DNA of 64,000 bases. It comes from an uncultured Armatimonadetes bacterium (GTDB taxonomy: Bacteria > Armatimonadota > Hebobacteria > Hebobacterales > Hebobacteraceae). The stretch lies in the NCBI GenBank assembly GCA_963716175.1, contig OY970296.1:1280001-1344000 (forward strand), in the 5' to 3' direction. Positions 59,439 to 64,000 of the stretch are shown in pieces (within the stretch, counting starts at the first letter, position 1; the number at the start of each line of letters is the position of its first letter). The notes beneath the pieces are model-generated. The model did no database searches, was not told where the DNA came from, and saw nothing but the letters and a program-made list of their open reading frames with translations. The position numbers and the translations under genes were made by a program.

Positions 59439-60042
59439 TCACTGTCTCCTTTGCCGCCCCGCCGCGTGAGTGCAGGAGGCGCACCAGCGCCGGCCCACTC
59501 GCTGCCACCGGCCGCAGCGGGCACAGCGGCGCCAGCCGGTGTCCTTGCGCCACTGCGAGATGCGGGCGAGGGAGAGGAAGGCGCGCTCTGCCCGGGCGCG
59601 GAGCTGGGGGTCCTCAATGTGGGCGGCCGCCTCCGCGATCTGGCGCTGTTGGCGGCCGGAGAGCCTGAGTTCCCGCGGGGCGAGGCTGAGCCGGCCGGGC
59701 TCGGCGAACCTGCCGGGCCCCGCCCGCGCGAAAGTGAATGTCTCGGATCAGGCCCGGTCCGATCCGCTGGGCCACCCGGCCCAGCAGCTCCTGGCGGCGC
59801 ATGTGCAGCTCCTGGGCCCAGGGCGAGGAGTCGGCGGAGATGATCAGGACGCCGTCTCTCACCGCCTCAGCCCGGGTGTGAGAGCTGACCACCTGGCCGG
59901 CGATCTCAGGCCAGGCGAGGACCACCTGATGTTCGCGGAAATGGGACCTGAGATTCAGATTGGCCAGCACGCCTTCCAACAGGCGGCTCAGAGGGGCTTC
60001 GCCCCTGGGCTTTGCCGTCGTCGGTTGAGACGAGCTATCCAT
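59439..60042 (-). CDS. dciA: DciA/DUF721 family protein with C-terminal zinc ribbon; apparent 1-nt frameshift at about 59672
   Basis: W.EI.G..V..HT....DG.L......WAQEL; shifted frame gives IEDPQLR...GWRRCARCG...CASC. Confidence 0.75.
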
Positions 60043-60170
60043 TGCCTATCTCAGATGCGGCTGCCGCCTGCCGCGGCGAGCGCGGGATGTCGGCGACGTC
60101 AGCGCGGGTGACGATGACCTGCTCGCAGCGCCGACTCGAGATGGTTGAAGATGTTTTCCGCCACGCGGCA
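60035..60170 (-). pseudogene. Possible C-terminal relic of recF
   Basis: Canonical recF position between dnaN and dciA; EQVIVT.ADVADIP; stop overlaps the dciA start. Confidence 0.4.
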
Positions 60171-60379
60171 GCGCTCCTCCCGGAAGGGCCTGGTGTTTTG
60201 TTCACTCCGCGCTGCAACGGAGGGGCACTAGTCGAGCAAAAGGTCCGCATCGTGTGCCTGGCCTTGACAGTCAGGGTGGAGGGAAGGGCAGAAGGTTCCT
60301 CCTGCCCTTCCGCGTCTCGTGCGAAGCACAACACGATTTGCGAGACCTGCGTAATCCGCGGACGACTCTGTCAGCTGCG

Positions 60380-61498
60380 CTACAGCCGCATTGGCATCAC
60401 GACGTAGATATACTCGGGGTCGTCGGAGCGCTTGAGCAGGCCGGGGCTCTCGGGTCCGCTGAGCTGCCAGACTACGCTGTCCGAGTCCATAATGCCCAAG
60501 GCATCGGTTAGATACTCGGCATTGAACGCGATCTCAATCGCCTCTCCCTCGAGGGTCGCGGCCAGCTCTTCGTAGGCGCGGCCCACGTCCCCGCTCTCCG
60601 CGCTGATGGTCAGGGTCCCGTCGCCGGTGCGGAAGGTGAGCTTGCTCGCCTCGCTGCGCGCGACGATCGCGGCGCGCTTGATTGCGCCCAGGAGCTGCTC
60701 ACGGTTGACGGTGATCCTGCGATCGGGCTCCGACGCCAGCAGCCGGCTGTAGTTCGGGAATTGCCCCTCGATCAGCCGGGAGATCAGGATATAGGGCCCG
60801 ACCTGGAACATCATCTGCTGCTCGCCCCCGCGTATCTTCACCGGCGTCTCTTCCGCTCCTGGATCCAGCATGCGATTCAGCTCCTGGAGGGCGCGGGCTG
60901 GGACGATGGCCTGCCACTTGTCTTCCGACCCGAGCAGCTTGGCCTGGTCGGAGGCAGCAGTCTTCACCGCCAGGCGATAGCTGTCAGTAGCCACCATCTT
61001 GAGGCTTTCCCCATCCCTTTCCAGCAGCACGCCCGTGAGGATCGCCCTGGTCTCGTCCCGAGAGGCGGCGAAGATGCTGCTGCGGATCAGGTCACGCATG
61101 CCGGCCTGGCTCACCTCCACCGCGATGTCCCCTGTCACTTCGGGCAGCGCGGGGTACTCCTCGGCCGGAAGGCCATGGATAGTGTATTGCGACCGCTCAC
61201 AGCGCAGCTCCAGCAGCGCGCGATCCTGGCTCTGCATTTCAACGGTAGCGTCCGGGAGGCTGGCCACAACGTCTCCCAGGACCCGCGCGGGCACCGTGAG
61301 GGCCCCGGCTTCCTCGGTCTGAATGGGCACCGCGCTCTGGGCGCCGATCTCCATGTCGTAGGCCACTATCCGCAGGTCCCCGCCTTTGGCCTCAAGCAGG
61401 AGATTGCTGAGAATGGGCAGAGTGGTGCGCCCGGACACCACCCTGCTGACATGCTGCAGGGCTTCGTGGAGAACCCTTCGATTGCAGGTCAGTTTCAT
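60380..61498 (-). CDS. dnaN: DNA polymerase III beta clamp
   Basis: T.PILSN, VATDSYRLA, SRLIEG.FPNY, FN..YL.DAL and YVVMPMRL. Confidence 0.97.
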   Translation of the reverse strand: MKLTCNRRVLHEALQHVSRVVSGRTTLPILSNLLLEAKGGDLRIVAYDMEIGAQSAVPIQTEEAGALTVPARVLGDVVASLPDATVEMQSQDRALLELRCERSQYTIHGLPAEEYPALPEVTGDIAVEVSQAGMRDLIRSSIFAASRDETRAILTGVLLERDGESLKMVATDSYRLAVKTAASDQAKLLGSEDKWQAIVPARALQELNRMLDPGAEETPVKIRGGEQQMMFQVGPYILISRLIEGQFPNYSRLLASEPDRRITVNREQLLGAIKRAAIVARSEASKLTFRTGDGTLTISAESGDVGRAYEELAATLEGEAIEIAFNAEYLTDALGIMDSDSVVWQLSGPESPGLLKRSDDPEYIYVVMPMRL

Positions 61499-61683
61499 CG
61501 TCGCTCTCCCTGTGGCAGTGCCGCCACGGTCGCCTACCTGTTCGCTCCTCCCCGGCCAATTCCTTTCCCAACCCAGACCGGTCCAACCACCTCGTTCCCA
61601 GCCAGACCAGCCGACGTTGCTGGAGAAGGTCCGTCGTTCCCCAGAGGAGGTACAGGTCTTGTGGAGCCGAGAGTTGGGGATGG

Positions 61684-61889
61684 AGTAGTAGCTGTACTTA
61701 GAGAGATAATAATAATAATGATAAGGGCTGTGGATCAGGTGAAAACCACAGGGTAACCCGATGAAGTGGGCGGTTGTTATCCCCTGGCTGAAGAAGGAAG
61801 GCTGCGGATGGTTGTTGATAGAGTGAGCGGTGGCTAGCCGAGAGGTCCGGATTCCCGTGCCTGGCCCGGTGATGCACTTGTTGTCCACA
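61684..61889. other. oriC, unwinding half (DnaA boxes plus DnaA-trios)
   Basis: Minus strand TGATCCACA-GCCC-TTATCATTATTATTATTATC (61737 to 61705); TTGTCCACA at 61881. Confidence 0.85.
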
Positions 61890-61897
61890 GGCAAAGG

Positions 61898-62029
61898 CTA
61901 GAGCGCATTTCATAACCTCCCTGCTGGCTGGCCGCACCACGCCCTCGCATGAAATGCGCCTGCCACGGCCTGACGTTGTGCAGTGCTGTTTCATAACCTC
62001 CCCTGGGAAGGTTATGAAACAGCTGCTAG
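61898..62029. mobile_element. MITE family A, copy 2 (132 bp)
   Basis: Near-identical to 20634-20765; CTAG at both ends, the right CTAG contains the dnaA stop codon. Confidence 0.8.
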
Positions 62030-63393
62030 CCTTCGGTACGGAGCCTGGCGCCCAGCTCGTTGATCAGCGCTTGCACAGAGCTGTCCTGCATCTGCTGTCT
62101 GATCTTGGTGCAGGCGTGAATGACGGTGGAGTGGTCTTTGCCCCCGAAAGCGCGGGCGATGCTGGGGAAGGAGGCACTAAGCAGCTCGCGGCAGAGGTAC
62201 ATGGCAATCTGGCGGGCATGGACCACGTCCTGGGTGCGGGTCCGCGCGACCAGCTCGGCGATGGTGAAGTTGAAGTGCTCGGCCACCAGTTGCTGGACGC
62301 GGCTGATGCTGAGGGGTTGTTGGTGGTCCTCGAGAGAGTGATCCCGGAGCTGCTCCGCGGCGAGGGAGAGAGTGATCTCGGCGTGGGTGAGAGAGGCGGC
62401 GGCCAGCACCTTGATGAGGGCACCCTCCAGCACCCGGATATTGGACTTCACCACCTTGGCGATATAGCGAAGGACCTCGTCCGGGACGGGGATGCTCTCC
62501 GCTTGGGCCCTACGGGCGAGGATGGCCAGTCGGGTTTCCATATCCGGCGGCTTGATATCAGCGATCAGCCCCCACTCAAAGCGAGAGCGGAGCCGGTCGT
62601 CCATGATCTGGAGGTCCTTCGGGGGGCGGTCGCTGGTGATGACGACCTGGCGGCCGGTCTCGTAGAGCGTGTTGAAGACCTGGAAGAACTCGGATTCGGT
62701 GCGCTCCTTGGCGGCGATGAACTGAATATCGTCCACCAGCCAGAGGTCCACCTCGCGATACTTCTTGCGGAACGTACCGAAGCGATCGTCCCGAATGGAG
62801 GAGACGACGTGAAAGGTGAAGGTATCGCCGGAGACGTACTGGACGCGAAGGCCGGGATGCTTGGCTGCGCTGTGATGGCCGATGGCCTGCATGAGGTGAG
62901 TCTTGCCCAGGCCCACGCCGCCATAGAGGAAGAGGGGATTATAGGAGTCGCCGGGCTGGTTCGCGACCGCGAGCGCGGCGGCCTGAGCAAACTGATTCCC
63001 CTTGCCCACCACGAAGTTCTCGAAAGTGTACTTGGGATTGAGGGGAGTGGTGAGGAGGGCCTCGCTCTCACCGCGGGAGCCGGAGGCCGGGGGCCGCCTG
63101 CGGCGGGGCACCTGCTCTTCGAGGGCGAGGTCGAGCTGGGCGAGTTCGAAGTGCGCTTTCAGGGGTCGGCCCACCACTTGCTCGAGGGCGGCCTCGATGG
63201 CCTTGAGGCCATTCTTCTGGAGCCAGTCGCGCGCGAACTCACTGCCGACGGAAAGCTCGAAGGTGTCCTGACCGAGGACCTCGGGACGTACGTGCTTGAT
63301 AGAACTCCCGAAAGAGGGGCGAGAAAGCTTGCTGCCCAGCGCCCTTAGCACCTGCTCCCACACCTGCTGCACCGACGGCTGCGACTCCCGCAT
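62026..63393 (-). CDS. dnaA: Chromosomal replication initiator DnaA
   Basis: YTFENFV.G..N, YNPLFLYGGVGLGKTHL, DDIQF, RLRSRF and FGGKDHSTV. Confidence 0.99.
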   Translation of the reverse strand: MRESQPSVQQVWEQVLRALGSKLSRPSFGSSIKHVRPEVLGQDTFELSVGSEFARDWLQKNGLKAIEAALEQVVGRPLKAHFELAQLDLALEEQVPRRRRPPASGSRGESEALLTTPLNPKYTFENFVVGKGNQFAQAAALAVANQPGDSYNPLFLYGGVGLGKTHLMQAIGHHSAAKHPGLRVQYVSGDTFTFHVVSSIRDDRFGTFRKKYREVDLWLVDDIQFIAAKERTESEFFQVFNTLYETGRQVVITSDRPPKDLQIMDDRLRSRFEWGLIADIKPPDMETRLAILARRAQAESIPVPDEVLRYIAKVVKSNIRVLEGALIKVLAAASLTHAEITLSLAAEQLRDHSLEDHQQPLSISRVQQLVAEHFNFTIAELVARTRTQDVVHARQIAMYLCRELLSASFPSIARAFGGKDHSTVIHACTKIRQQMQDSSVQALINELGARLRTEG

Positions 63394-63688
63394 GCCTCCC
63401 CCTTGTCCGACTGGTGCGAGCCGCCCGCTCGCCCAGCGCTCGGCGGTACCGGCCAGAATCAGAACCGGAGGCCAGAGTCGGAGATGGGAGCCCAGCCCGC
63501 GCGGGCCGGAGGGCGCAATCCCCAGGACACAGATCGGCTGTGGATTGGCTGCGCAAGCCTAGATGTTGGACAGGGAAAAAGATGCGATAATTGCTGGCTT
63601 TTTACGGGTCAGCCTTCAGGCCCTCGCCCTCTGCAAAACCCGGTATCATGTGCGGGCCCCGATGGAGTCAGGCACCAGGCTAGCCTAA

Positions 63689-63720
63689 CAATCCACAACA
63701 CTATCAACACCTGTGGATAA
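63689..63720. promoter_or_regulatory. DnaA-box cluster upstream of dnaA
   Basis: CAATCCACA, CTATCAACA and perfect TGTGGATAA (63712-63720). Confidence 0.8.
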
Positions 63721-63773
63721 CTTCCCCGACCCTCACGGGCACCCTCATAACTCACCCAAATCCGACGGCGCGG

Positions 63774-63802
63774 ACTATAGCATACTGCCCACTCATTGGC
63801 AA
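63774..63802 (-). promoter_or_regulatory. dnaA promoter
   Basis: TTGCCA-17nt-TATAGT with extended -10 TG. Confidence 0.65.
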
Positions 63803-63972
63803 GAGTTTTTTTGCCCTACAAAGTGATCGCTAGTATAGCTAGCAGGCGCCCACTATGTCATCGTTTGCGATCACCGCGCGCGAGCAGGTGAGCAGCAAGA
63901 GACATGGTAGAAGAAAGCGCGCACGCGCAATCTTACCGCGCACGTTGGTACCGCGCAAGAGGAGGCCGCGAA

Positions 63973-64000
63973 GTGACCGACATAGTGAGCGCGCTGGCAG
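63973..64000 (+). CDS. Start of an unidentified CDS (truncated by the window edge)
   Basis: GGAGG at 63961 then GTG ACC GAC ATA GTG. Confidence 0.35.

Noticed and set aside
61499-61894. 132-aa N-terminal extension of DnaN in the ORF track
   Set aside because: It runs through oriC; the real start is the ATG at 61498 after GGGAGAG
1-64000. CRISPR array, rRNA, prophage, retron or reverse transcriptase
   Set aside because: No regularly spaced repeats, cas, rRNA, phage structural or RT motifs seen

Overview
GC-rich chromosomal window from a diderm bacterium; gene content and style suggest an Armatimonadota-like Terrabacterium (inference only). The right end holds the replication origin: dnaA, dnaN, a DciA/DUF721 gene, DnaA boxes on both sides of dnaA and a DnaA-trio unwinding element. 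Housekeeping genes include rph, rdgB, tRNA-Pro(TGG), pdxS/pdxT, mlaE/F/D, holA, rtcB and a PPi-dependent PFK. The main candidates for undescribed systems are: (1) a three-gene locus encoding a secreted pilin-like subunit, a tandem fimbrial-chaperone-like protein and a secretin with no usher, behind a ~790-nt structured leader (6922-11763); (2) a 25-aa signal-peptide-like micro-ORF with a strong RBS directly upstream of a membrane sensor gene (405-482), possibly a peptide-signalling module, with a DUF5317 candidate peptidase elsewhere in the window. Other observations: a GH35 protein lacking both catalytic glutamates, a decayed RHS toxin/immunity cassette array with IS ends and a MITE, two MITE families, several REP-like palindromes (some in frame inside genes), an in-frame fusion of two minor pilins, a probable recF relic, and three frameshifts sharing an extra base next to CGCG (likely a systematic sequencing artefact at a methylated motif). 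All family assignments are by eye; no database search was run.
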